Shown here: one piece after another, positions 45,471 through 54,479 of the stretch
Position numbering within the stretch: position 1 is the stretch's first letter
Layout: every line of letters starts with the position of its first letter
Source of the DNA: Oligoflexia bacterium
GTDB taxonomy: Bacteria > Bdellovibrionota > Bdellovibrionia > JABDDW01
Length of the DNA: 64,000 nt
Assembly: GCA_023250675.1 (NCBI GenBank)
Contig: JAHFAE010000002.1
Span: 7,491-71,490 of the forward strand
Direction: 5' to 3'
The notes under the pieces: model-generated
What the model was told of the DNA's origin: nothing
The model's input: only the letters and a program-made list of their open reading frames with translations
Databases searched by the model: none
Program-made: the position numbers and the translations under genes

Positions 45471-47024
45471 CTAATTGAATTCTTGGCGCAGTTTGTATTT
45501 ATTTACCAAACCATGGTCGTCCAAGGGGAGTTCGGAAAGGAAAATAATTTTTTTGGGTCTTTCATGAATTGGTAAACTTTGGTCGATTAATTCTTGAAGG
45601 GAGGCGATTGTAAGTTTGGACCCAGGGGATTTAACTATGAAAGCAGTGAGTTCAAGTTTACCCATTTTATTCTTGATATGGGCCACAGCGGCACGGTGTA
45701 CGCCCTGGCATTTCGAAAGATGCGCTTCAAGTTCACTTGGTAAGACAAATTCTTTAGTACTAAGATTCAGGTTATCCCGACGATCTAAATAAGTAACGAC
45801 TTGTTCTTTGTTTACTTCAACCATATCACCAGTAAAAAACCATGTTCCACGCATATTGGTTTTTGTTGCATCTTTATTTTTAAAATAGCTTGTCGCAACG
45901 CTTGGGCCTGAGACCAAAAGTTGGCCGCGACGTACTTTATTGGTCGGTAAATCGTCGCCGTTTTGATCTGTAACTCTTGTCTTCAATCCCTTAAGAAATT
46001 GGCCCACTGATTCGGGCGATTCTGGATTGTCAAAACTCTGCATGGCGACGGCAAAGCAAGTTTCGACTGAACCATAAAATCTCAATAATCGCAGATTAAA
46101 ATAATCTTGCGATAAAACTTCGGCCTTTGAGCCTAGGGGACCGTGTTCCACCGTAATACTTCGAATGGTTGGTATCTTGAGATTTTCGCGCCTTAAGATA
46201 TCAAGCCACTCTTCGACCATAAGCGACTTCATGAGCACGCGTGTCACTCGGGCTTCTATTAGATCCCGTTGCAATTCTGAAGGAGTTATCTCGTCTGAAA
46301 TGTACACTCCCGCCCCCGTCAAAAGGGGCAACATCAAACCGTGCATAAAATAAAAGGGTTTTGTCAATGAAGACCCGTAAGAAAACATAATATCATTGGC
46401 ACTGAGACGATAACTTGCTGTCAGAGCCATTGCGGCATGATTAAGCATGGCATGGGTGTAGGGTACGCACTTTGGTCTGCCCGAGACTCCTTGGGTATCA
46501 AAATAGGCCACCACGTCTGAATCACCAGCAGACATACTGGGGGGTAATCGGTAAGTATTTTCATACTCGCTCCAACGACGTTTTTCGCATTGGATAATAG
46601 GGATATTGATTCTTTTAGATTTTAGCTCTCTCTTTAAATTTACGACACAATCGTCGCTGGCGATGATCGCGTGCACTGAAAAGTCTGATATTACTTTTGA
46701 GAGTTTTTCAGAGGTCCAGGAGGGATCACCAAAAATAGCGGTATTTTTAGTATTGGCCAAAGCAAAAAAGCTAAATGCCATGTGGGGACAATTAGTCATG
46801 TAAACTAATACATTTTTACCGTGCATAATTTCTTTTTGGAGAAAGTAAGAGTAGCGGCTGATATAATCGTAGGCCTCACGATAACTTGTGGATCTTCCAA
46901 GATATCGAAACGCTGGCTTGGTAGAATTTTTACTTGCCGTAACAGCCAACTTTTGACCGATGAGCATTTTTAAAGAATAATACAGTGTTGAGAAATTGTC
47001 TCCCCTTGGCGCCACAGGGTTCAT
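45471..47024 (-). CDS. AMP-dependent synthetase/ligase (acyl-CoA synthetase-like adenylate-forming enzyme).
   Basis: 517 aa with adenylation-domain motifs (YGSVET, TGD, and a conserved Lys near the C-terminus). Confidence 0.55.
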   Translation of the reverse strand: MNPVAPRGDNFSTLYYSLKMLIGQKLAVTASKNSTKPAFRYLGRSTSYREAYDYISRYSYFLQKEIMHGKNVLVYMTNCPHMAFSFFALANTKNTAIFGDPSWTSEKLSKVISDFSVHAIIASDDCVVNLKRELKSKRINIPIIQCEKRRWSEYENTYRLPPSMSAGDSDVVAYFDTQGVSGRPKCVPYTHAMLNHAAMALTASYRLSANDIMFSYGSSLTKPFYFMHGLMLPLLTGAGVYISDEITPSELQRDLIEARVTRVLMKSLMVEEWLDILRRENLKIPTIRSITVEHGPLGSKAEVLSQDYFNLRLLRFYGSVETCFAVAMQSFDNPESPESVGQFLKGLKTRVTDQNGDDLPTNKVRRGQLLVSGPSVATSYFKNKDATKTNMRGTWFFTGDMVEVNKEQVVTYLDRRDNLNLSTKEFVLPSELEAHLSKCQGVHRAAVAHIKNKMGKLELTAFIVKSPGSKLTIASLQELIDQSLPIHERPKKIIFLSELPLDDHGLVNKYKLRQEFN

Positions 47025-47113
47025 TTTTATTTGAGCCTTAGTTGCAACTCCCGATGTCAGAACATACCCTAATCTTTCGTCTGGTTACGGGATGTTATTG
47101 ACGCCCCAGGGTT

Positions 47114-48361
47114 ATGAAAATAAACTCGATGTTAATGAAAAAATATTCTTATCCTAAAGCTTCTATAAAGATATTGTTGGCAGAAAACATTCATTCTGTG
47201 GCCCATGATCGATTGAAAGCAGAGGGATTTTCTGTAGAAGGGGTTAAGCAAGCCCTTGGAGAATCAGAACTCATCTCTAAGACTCAAGATGTTCACGTGC
47301 TTGGAATACGATCGAAAACTCAAATTTCACCGAAGGCGGTTCGTGAGTCGAAGAAGCTTTTGAGTATTGGCTGTTTTTGTATTGGCACAAACCAGGTAGA
47401 TCTAGAAGCAGCTCGGCTTCAAGGAATACCAGTTTTCAATGCGCCTTTTAGCAATACGCGAAGTGTGGCCGAAATGGTAATGGCAGAGATAGTCATGCTG
47501 TCGCGGCAAATAGGTGATCGAAACACTCAATTGCATAATGGTAAATGGGATAAATCAGCAGCGGGCTGCTATGAGATTCGGGGTAAGTGTTTAGGAATAA
47601 TCGGGTATGGTCATATAGGTTCCCAAGTCAGTATACTCGCCGAGAGTTTCGGGATGAAAGTTAACTATTTTGATATTGTTACAAAAATGCCCTTGGGAAA
47701 TGGACGTCAGATTGGATCGCTTGAAGAGCTCTTGGCCCAATCAGATTTTGTAACTCTTCATGTCCCTGAAACTCCACAAACAAAAAATATGGTTGGACCT
47801 CAGCAACTAAAATCTATGAAGGCAGGGAGCTTTTTAATTAATGCAAGTCGAGGTACAGTTGTAGATCTTAGAGCTTTGAAACAATCACTCGTATCAGGGT
47901 ATACGGCTGGAGCGGCTCTTGATGTTTTTCCGGAGGAACCAGAAAGTAATGATGACATTTTTAAGTGTGAACTTCAAAATGTGCCCAATGTCATCTTGAC
48001 CCCCCATATTGGTGGAAGTACCGAAGAGGCCCAAGAAAATATTGGCATTGAAGTTTCAATGAGCCTTATTAAGTTTATCAATAATGGCAGCACAACGGGT
48101 TCAGTGAATTTTCCCCAAGTTGATTTGCCCGTTCACCAATCAAGCCATAGGATTTTGAATATTCATAAAAACGTCCCCGGAGTTTTAAAAGACATTAACA
48201 GAATTATTTCTGATCTTGGTGCCAATATTCAAGGTCAGTATCTTTCGACAGATCCTGAAATTGGATACCTCATTGTGGACCTAGATAAGCAAGTTTCTGA
48301 TAAAGTTAAGGAACAAATTTCTATTTTGCCAACAAGTATTAGAACAAGAATTTTGTACTAA
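47114..48361 (+). CDS. serA: D-3-phosphoglycerate dehydrogenase (long form with C-terminal ACT domain).
   Basis: 2-hydroxyacid dehydrogenase NAD-binding GIIGYGHIGSQV. About 410-aa architecture with a C-terminal regulatory domain, as in E. coli SerA. Confidence 0.75.
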   Translation: MKINSMLMKKYSYPKASIKILLAENIHSVAHDRLKAEGFSVEGVKQALGESELISKTQDVHVLGIRSKTQISPKAVRESKKLLSIGCFCIGTNQVDLEAARLQGIPVFNAPFSNTRSVAEMVMAEIVMLSRQIGDRNTQLHNGKWDKSAAGCYEIRGKCLGIIGYGHIGSQVSILAESFGMKVNYFDIVTKMPLGNGRQIGSLEELLAQSDFVTLHVPETPQTKNMVGPQQLKSMKAGSFLINASRGTVVDLRALKQSLVSGYTAGAALDVFPEEPESNDDIFKCELQNVPNVILTPHIGGSTEEAQENIGIEVSMSLIKFINNGSTTGSVNFPQVDLPVHQSSHRILNIHKNVPGVLKDINRIISDLGANIQGQYLSTDPEIGYLIVDLDKQVSDKVKEQISILPTSIRTRILY

Positions 48362-48409
48362 CTCGCAGTAAGGCCCATCTCAACTTTATCTTGCAAGTGT
48401 TTCATAAAT

Positions 48410-48546
48410 TTTATGAGTATGAATTAGAAAATTTAATCCCCTTCGCCAAAAGGTCGCGCATCCATGCGCTCAAGCTCGGCAAGATCCCTCCGGGGCCGTA
48501 GCCCTTAAGCTGCAGGGATTGAAATTTTCTAATTCATACTCATAAA
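48410..48546. repeat. Long imperfect inverted repeat (~32-bp AT-rich arms) enclosing a ~70-bp GC-rich core with nested palindromes. Candidate structured RNA, MITE-like element or complex bidirectional terminator.
   Basis: Left arm TTTATGAGTATGAATTAGAAAATTTAATCCCC. Right arm GCAGGGATTGAAATTTTCTAATTCATACTCATAAA. Core contains GCGCATCCATGCGC and CCGGGGCCGTAGCCC. Confidence 0.5.
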
Positions 48547-48612
48547 GACTAGTACAGCCTTTGTAAAAACAAAGTCTCGATAGGTACTTTATTTTGCGAG
48601 AAAAAGTAAAGT

Positions 48613-50079
48613 CTAAAACACTTTGCCGGGATTCATAATTTCGTTGGGATCTAGGTCTTGTTTGATTTTTTTCATTATGCCAATTTCAAGAGGCGATCGC
48701 GTGTAATGTAAGAAGTCCTTCTTTGTTAAACCGATTCCATGCTCTGCTGAAATACTCCCACCATATTTTTTAACTAATTCAAACATTGAGACATCTGATT
48801 TTTTAGCATGGGCAAAGAATTCGTCTTTAGACATTTTTTCAGGTTTCGTAAAATTCACATGAAGGTTGCCATCGCCAATATGGCCAAAAATAACAGCTTC
48901 AAACCCAGGGTATTTAGAAGAAATAATTTCTTGAAGATCCGTACAAAACGGAGTGATTTTTGAAAGTGGTAAGGAAATATCATTTTTATGTGCTACCGTC
49001 AGTGCAGAGAGACTCTCGGCAATATTTTCTCTTAACCCCCAAAAATCCTGGTCTTGCTGTGAACTTTGGCTTAAAACTCCGTCTACGATTATTTTTTCGT
49101 CAAAGGCTTTTTGCACAAACTGTTCTAAATACCCCTCGGTTTTATCACTTATTTTTTCAACCTCGATGAGTGTGTAAAAGGGGTGGAGTTTAGAAAATGG
49201 CGATTTTAATTTTGTATGTTCCTGAACTCGCAAAAGTCCAAAACTCGTAAACATTTCGTATGCTGTGAGAGGTAATGCCATTTTTTGAGTGAGCTCAAAG
49301 AGAGAAGTAATGTCTTCTAGTTTATTCAACGCAAACAAACAAACCATAAGTTCTTTTGGAGGCGTTGTAAGATTCATGATAACTTCAGTAATAATTCCCA
49401 ACGTCCCTTCGCTACCGATAAACAAATGTTTGAGGTCATACCCCGTATTGTTTTTTACGCAGGCGTTGGTCAGTTCAAGAATACTACCGTCTGCCAAAAC
49501 AACTTTAAGGCCCGAAACCCATTGCCGAATGAGGCCATAGCGAATGACCTTTATACCCCCGGCATTTGTCGCCACATTGCCGCCAATATGACTACTTCCA
49601 CTTGACGCAAAATCCACCGGAAAATACAGCCCTGCATCTACCGCCGCTCGTTGAAGTTCTTTTGTCACAACACCGGCTTGGCAATGAATAGTTTTTTCAA
49701 CGGGATTAACGCCAAATATTCCATTCATTTTAGATGTTGAAATGACGACCTCTTGACGAGCCGCGACGGCACCGCCACTTAGGCCCGTTCGGCCCCCTGA
49801 AGGCACTACTGAAATCTTTTTTTGATTACAAAATTGAAGAATCTTAGAAACCTCTTGAGTGGTTTTAGGAAAAACCGCTGCAAGTGGCGAAGGGGTGTAG
49901 GCCTTTGTGTAATCTTTAGCCCAAGCTTTGGCCTCTTCACCGGTTACCACTTGCGTGGTACCAACTATGGATCGAAATACATCTAAAACTTCACTCATGG
50001 AGCTAGTTTCTACCAAATATATGACGGGTGTCAAAAGGATAGACAGGGAGAAACACCCAAAGGAGCCATCGTATGGCAT
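48613..50079 (-). CDS. FAD-linked oxidase (GlcD / D-lactate dehydrogenase-like, FAD_binding_4 + FAD-oxidase_C).
   Basis: 488 aa with a GGRTGLSGGAV FAD-binding motif. C-terminal HGIGL-like motif AEHGIGLTKK. Confidence 0.65.
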   Translation of the reverse strand: MPYDGSFGCFSLSILLTPVIYLVETSSMSEVLDVFRSIVGTTQVVTGEEAKAWAKDYTKAYTPSPLAAVFPKTTQEVSKILQFCNQKKISVVPSGGRTGLSGGAVAARQEVVISTSKMNGIFGVNPVEKTIHCQAGVVTKELQRAAVDAGLYFPVDFASSGSSHIGGNVATNAGGIKVIRYGLIRQWVSGLKVVLADGSILELTNACVKNNTGYDLKHLFIGSEGTLGIITEVIMNLTTPPKELMVCLFALNKLEDITSLFELTQKMALPLTAYEMFTSFGLLRVQEHTKLKSPFSKLHPFYTLIEVEKISDKTEGYLEQFVQKAFDEKIIVDGVLSQSSQQDQDFWGLRENIAESLSALTVAHKNDISLPLSKITPFCTDLQEIISSKYPGFEAVIFGHIGDGNLHVNFTKPEKMSKDEFFAHAKKSDVSMFELVKKYGGSISAEHGIGLTKKDFLHYTRSPLEIGIMKKIKQDLDPNEIMNPGKVF

Positions 50080-50124
50080 GGGTCATGCTTTATTTAATGG
50101 CAAGGGATTGATAGGGGAATTTCG

Positions 50125-50568
50125 ATGAAACCAAAGAAGTCACAACAAGTTAGAAGAAAACGACGGCCATTCAAAGTCGTCGGCAAATTAGCTAGTATCG
50201 TTTTTCTGACGGCCTTTCTTACTTTAGCAAGTGCCGCATTCGTAAAGGAACCTGCTAAGATAAATAGAGCAAAATCAGTTCTCCCTGTCAGAACCGTTCA
50301 AATTCAAACTCGAGTCCCAGAAAAAATCGTATTAGTAAAGAAACAGGTCCATAGGCCCATTGCCCATGTCATTGCCATTGCAAAGCCTGTAAAACAAAAT
50401 TCACCGAAAGTAGCTAGACGTCGAATTGCGACCATCGATTTTAGCGAAATGGAATTGGCCATGGCCGGTAACTTACATAAGCCCATTACCCAAGAAGAAA
50501 TCAACAATGCCGCAAGGGTTACCAGGCATCGTAATATCAATTTTGATGACAATTTCCCTGACGAATGA
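50125..50568 (+). CDS. Membrane-anchored basic hypothetical protein.
   Basis: 147 aa: N-terminal Lys/Arg-rich region followed by a single TM segment (LASIVFLTAFLTLASAAFV). Confidence 0.35.
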   Translation: MKPKKSQQVRRKRRPFKVVGKLASIVFLTAFLTLASAAFVKEPAKINRAKSVLPVRTVQIQTRVPEKIVLVKKQVHRPIAHVIAIAKPVKQNSPKVARRRIATIDFSEMELAMAGNLHKPITQEEINNAARVTRHRNINFDDNFPDE

Positions 50569-51517
50569 GATCTAATTGCTTCTGCAAGTCTTGAAGTTCT
50601 GAAAGCCAATATTTATATGTGTTAAATTCAGGAAAAGCCCTAGGAAACGCCGGATCATCCCATCTTTTTGCTATCCATGCTGAATAATGGATAAATCGAA
50701 GTGCTCTTAGAGGTTCGATGAGGCGAAGCGATGCCATTTCAAACTCTCGCATCTCGCAGTATCCCTTCAAAAATATCTCCCTGTCGCGCTTCCCTTGTTC
50801 GTCACTTCCCCCTGCGATAAGCCAAATATCTTGAACTGGTGGGCCAATGACCATGTCATCAAAATCTAAGAAAAATGGACCATCACCATTGTAAAGCAGA
50901 TTGCCCATATGACAATCGCCATGGATTCTCTGGACATGGATATTTTCAAACCATGGAGCAATGAGATCTACCAGTTCAATAACTTTTGCTTTGTATTGAC
51001 TCGCCAATTCCATGGGCAAAAATCCCTTTTCATCTAAAAACTTAAGAGGTGCTAAGCCATAAGTTTGAGGTGTCAGTGCCATTCGATGTTGCGCGCTCTT
51101 TGAAGCGCCAACCGTATGAAGCCGACCTAAAAACCGTCCCAATTGCAAATATTGTTGTTGATCTAATTCTTGAGGAACCCTGCCCCTCACTTTCGGGAAT
51201 ACGGCAAAAAGAATTCCACTTGCAGTTTTACCAATGGTGGAGCTATTGCCCATAACCATTGGCTGTGCCACAGGTATCTCTGCTTTAGCAAGATCACCTA
51301 AAAACCCATGTTCTTCCAAAATAGCTTCTTTGGTCCAACGATTGGGCCGATAGAATTTTCCGACGAAACGATTTTCGTCTTCCATCTCCACTTCGTAAAC
51401 TCTATTTTCAAGGCTGTTAAGTGCAAAACATCGACCAGTTGAACGAAACCCGATAGCTTCGACGGCCTCCAAAATATGTTGGGGCGTTAGCTCAAAGAAA
51501 TTATTTTGACTCACCAC
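50537..51517 (-). CDS. srkA: Stress response serine/threonine kinase SrkA (YihE/RdoA family).
   Basis: N-terminal LTPQHILEAVEAIGFRSTGRCFALNSLENRVYEV and aminoglycoside-phosphotransferase-like catalytic motifs (HGDCHMGNLL, DFDD). Confidence 0.75.
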   Translation of the reverse strand: MVSQNNFFELTPQHILEAVEAIGFRSTGRCFALNSLENRVYEVEMEDENRFVGKFYRPNRWTKEAILEEHGFLGDLAKAEIPVAQPMVMGNSSTIGKTASGILFAVFPKVRGRVPQELDQQQYLQLGRFLGRLHTVGASKSAQHRMALTPQTYGLAPLKFLDEKGFLPMELASQYKAKVIELVDLIAPWFENIHVQRIHGDCHMGNLLYNGDGPFFLDFDDMVIGPPVQDIWLIAGGSDEQGKRDREIFLKGYCEMREFEMASLRLIEPLRALRFIHYSAWIAKRWDDPAFPRAFPEFNTYKYWLSELQDLQKQLDLIRQGNCHQN

Positions 51518-51572
51518 AACCGAAAAATACTATTTTATTGTTACATTGGCAAAGTTTCTTTAACCTAATCGG

Positions 51573-52805
51573 GTGATCAAATCTGTGTATCTCACTAGAA
51601 AAATGGTTGCCATTTTGCTCACGGGTTTCTCGTCGGGTCTCCCCCTGGCTTTAAGCTGGGGCACTCTTCAAGCTTGGATGAAAGCAGAGAACGTAGACAT
51701 AACCGTGGTTGGTTTGGTCTCTCTCGTGGGATGGCCCTATACGGTAAAGTTCTTGTGGTCACCGCTGATGGATCGTTATTCCCCACCTTTCTTAGGGCGA
51801 CGGCGAGGTTGGATACTTTTAACTCAAGGAGCCCTGGCATTGTCATTGGTGGCCCTGGGTTTTTCTAAACCCTCGGAGTTTCCATTTATGACGGCACTTG
51901 TAGCCGTTTTTGTGGCATTTTTTAGCGCCAGTCAAGACATCGTCGTCGATGCATACCGAACTGTTTTGGTAGAAAAATCAGAGGTTGGACAGGCGTCGTC
52001 TATGTACATTATTGGTTACCGGGTAGGGTATTTGATTTCAACTGGTGGCGCTTTGGTCATGGCAAGTTATATTCCCTGGAAGTGGGTTTATGTCAGCATG
52101 GCTTTACTCATCGGGTTTTGCATGATTGGTACTCTTTTTATGCCTGTGCCGGTGACAAATGCAAAACCTCCTCAATCAATAAAAGACGCTGTTTGGCTCC
52201 CCTTTGTTGATTTTTTTAAAAGAACTGGGTCATTAGAAATCATCGCATTTATTACGCTTTATAAACTTGATACCAACATTGCTCAGGCACTTCTCACACC
52301 GTTTCTCATGGATATGCAGTTTTCACTAACTGATATCGGTGTGGTAAAAAATAGTCTGGGTTTATTTGCGACTATTGCGGGGACACTCATTGCTGGTCGT
52401 TATATGACCCGATTAGGGATCAAAAAATCTCTTTGGATTTTTGGTGCGGTCCAAGGATTTTCAGGTCTTGCCTTTATGGCTCTTGCCCATTTGGGCCATA
52501 ATTATCCCATGCTCGTAGTCGCGACGATTTTGGAATTTTTATGTGGGGGGATGGGTACCGTGGCCTATTCAGGTTTTATCTTAAGCATTTGCAATAAAAG
52601 ATTTTCGGCGACCCAATATGCGTTATTGACGAGTCTTATGGCTCTAACGCGAACCATTGGAATTAGCCCGGCAGGTTACTTGCAAAAATTTGTGGGCTGG
52701 GAAATGTACTTTTTTATCTCAGTGATAGTGATGGTGCCCGGACTCATATTTTTGTTTCGTTATGATCGTTGGGAAGCGCCCAATGAAGATGCTGTCGCTT
52801 ATTAA
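51573..52805 (+). CDS. ampG: AmpG family muropeptide MFS transporter.
   Basis: N-terminal GFSSGLPLALSWGTLQAWM...LVGWPYTVKFLWSPLMDRY closely matches AmpG family conservation. Confidence 0.7.
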   Translation: MIKSVYLTRKMVAILLTGFSSGLPLALSWGTLQAWMKAENVDITVVGLVSLVGWPYTVKFLWSPLMDRYSPPFLGRRRGWILLTQGALALSLVALGFSKPSEFPFMTALVAVFVAFFSASQDIVVDAYRTVLVEKSEVGQASSMYIIGYRVGYLISTGGALVMASYIPWKWVYVSMALLIGFCMIGTLFMPVPVTNAKPPQSIKDAVWLPFVDFFKRTGSLEIIAFITLYKLDTNIAQALLTPFLMDMQFSLTDIGVVKNSLGLFATIAGTLIAGRYMTRLGIKKSLWIFGAVQGFSGLAFMALAHLGHNYPMLVVATILEFLCGGMGTVAYSGFILSICNKRFSATQYALLTSLMALTRTIGISPAGYLQKFVGWEMYFFISVIVMVPGLIFLFRYDRWEAPNEDAVAY

Positions 52806-52812
52806 AAGTTTT

Positions 52813-54426
52813 TTATTTCTTACAGGTAATATTGTGCTCTTTAACCATCAAAACCGCATCGGGATTTTGGGGGTCCAGGTCCATAGACCGACATAAAGAG
52901 ATAATGGCTTTTTGGGTTTGACCTGAACGAAACTGTGCCCCCGCAATGACAGAATAAAATGATGAAAAATAGGCCCATGCCTCTTTGTTAGCTAAAATCA
53001 TTTCATCAGGGGGAAGCCTCGGCGCCACAGTCTCTAGAATTTCTTTATCTTTTTTGAGTCTACCAAGAGCTATGGCATAGTTAGCAAAAGTCACAGCATT
53101 TTCAGGAAAAATATCAGATGCTTTTTTCGCCAGTTTTGCCGCCAGCTCTAAATCGCCATCTTGAGTAGCAAAATTGCTCATTGCGTTTAATGCGCCGACA
53201 CCTGTTGGGTTAATTTTAAGCATGTGGGCGAAAAAAGCGCGGTCGTCCTTCCAGTGGAGGCTCGTGGAAATTGACGTGATGGCCAACCCCCCAATAATTA
53301 AGCCTCCCCCCCAATTTTGGCCCCTATTTTTTGGGTTTAAATCTGCAAAACTTGAAACAATTTGTGCGATAAAAAGGGAGACGCCAAACATGGGAAGGTA
53401 CATATAGTGGTCGGCCACTGTTGAAGTGTGTTGAAATGCAAAAGGTATAAGGCCTAGAACGGGTAAGAGCAAAGCGGCTGAGCTAAAGAATCCCCCATTT
53501 AAAATACGAGAATCTTTATTTTTTCTTGTGAGCAGAAAAATGACGAGAACAAAAACAATCAAACCAGTTAGAAAATAAGTCTGATTTTCTAAGACCCACT
53601 GGGGTTTTCTCCCGTAGTCGGGCCCCAAGTTAAATGGCAAAACCAATTTGACCAAATAAAAACCTAAAGCATCTATTGCTACGAGGGGCCGCTGCCACAG
53701 CGGAGTATCTGGGGCTTGAGCATATCCTTGCGCCATTTTGGTAACGTAGATAAGAGGTAAAGAGACGACAAACCAGGGTATAAGTCTTTTAAATTGTTTT
53801 TTTATTTGTTCACGACAAAGAAAAAAGCTACCAACCAAGATCCCTGCGGGTACTGAAATGATGGACGGTTTTGATAACATTCCAAAGAAAAACAAGCCCG
53901 TGGCCAATAAATTAGATTTTAGACTCGAGTTGCGCAAGAAAATGTAAACAGCAATCAAAGAAAACGTCGCACCGAGAAGATCTCGCATTCCAGATGCCCA
54001 GGCGACAGTTTCTACCTGAAGGGGGTGAACAGCAAAAATAAGAGCACCCGCCAATGCGGGCCTCATTTTTTCAACTTTTTGGACACCATGACGATCAAGA
54101 ATAATTTGCAAAATTTGAAATACTAAAAAACTATTGATGCAGTGAAAAACAATATTAAATAAATGACAAGCCCAACTTAACGGCATGATTTGACCGAGAG
54201 CAAGAATTTTCCAAACAGTAAAGGTTACGGGAATATAGAGTCCGTAATAACTATGAAGCCAAAAGGCACTTAAGCCTTCTGTTTCCATCCACACATTTCT
54301 GAAAATATTGACGTCATCGTCCCATGACAAAAATGTAAAACCGAGTGAAGCTCCGTATATGGCAAAACAAACTATGAGAATGAGAAAAAATATATTATTA
54401 CTTTTTTTGAACATATAAATTATCAA
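52813..54426 (-). CDS. TMTC-like GT-C membrane protein (DUF1736) with C-terminal TPR repeats. Intact paralogue of the disrupted gene at 5303-7006.
   Basis: FLSWDDDVNIFRN...HPLQVETVAWASGMRDLLGATFSL...ADHYMYLPMFGV plus a C-terminal TPR region. Confidence 0.6.
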   Translation of the reverse strand: MIIYMFKKSNNIFFLILIVCFAIYGASLGFTFLSWDDDVNIFRNVWMETEGLSAFWLHSYYGLYIPVTFTVWKILALGQIMPLSWACHLFNIVFHCINSFLVFQILQIILDRHGVQKVEKMRPALAGALIFAVHPLQVETVAWASGMRDLLGATFSLIAVYIFLRNSSLKSNLLATGLFFFGMLSKPSIISVPAGILVGSFFLCREQIKKQFKRLIPWFVVSLPLIYVTKMAQGYAQAPDTPLWQRPLVAIDALGFYLVKLVLPFNLGPDYGRKPQWVLENQTYFLTGLIVFVLVIFLLTRKNKDSRILNGGFFSSAALLLPVLGLIPFAFQHTSTVADHYMYLPMFGVSLFIAQIVSSFADLNPKNRGQNWGGGLIIGGLAITSISTSLHWKDDRAFFAHMLKINPTGVGALNAMSNFATQDGDLELAAKLAKKASDIFPENAVTFANYAIALGRLKKDKEILETVAPRLPPDEMILANKEAWAYFSSFYSVIAGAQFRSGQTQKAIISLCRSMDLDPQNPDAVLMVKEHNITCKK

Positions 54427-54479
54427 AACTCAAACAATGTCATATTGCTATCTTTTAATCTCATTGTTACTATTTTTTC

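Noticed and set aside
48430-48510. GC-rich core of the 48410-48546 element examined as a possible tRNA or tmRNA-like gene.
   Set aside because: There is no acceptor-stem/CCA arrangement and no D-loop (TAGCTCAGTTGG-like) or T-loop (GTTCGAATC-like) consensus on either strand.
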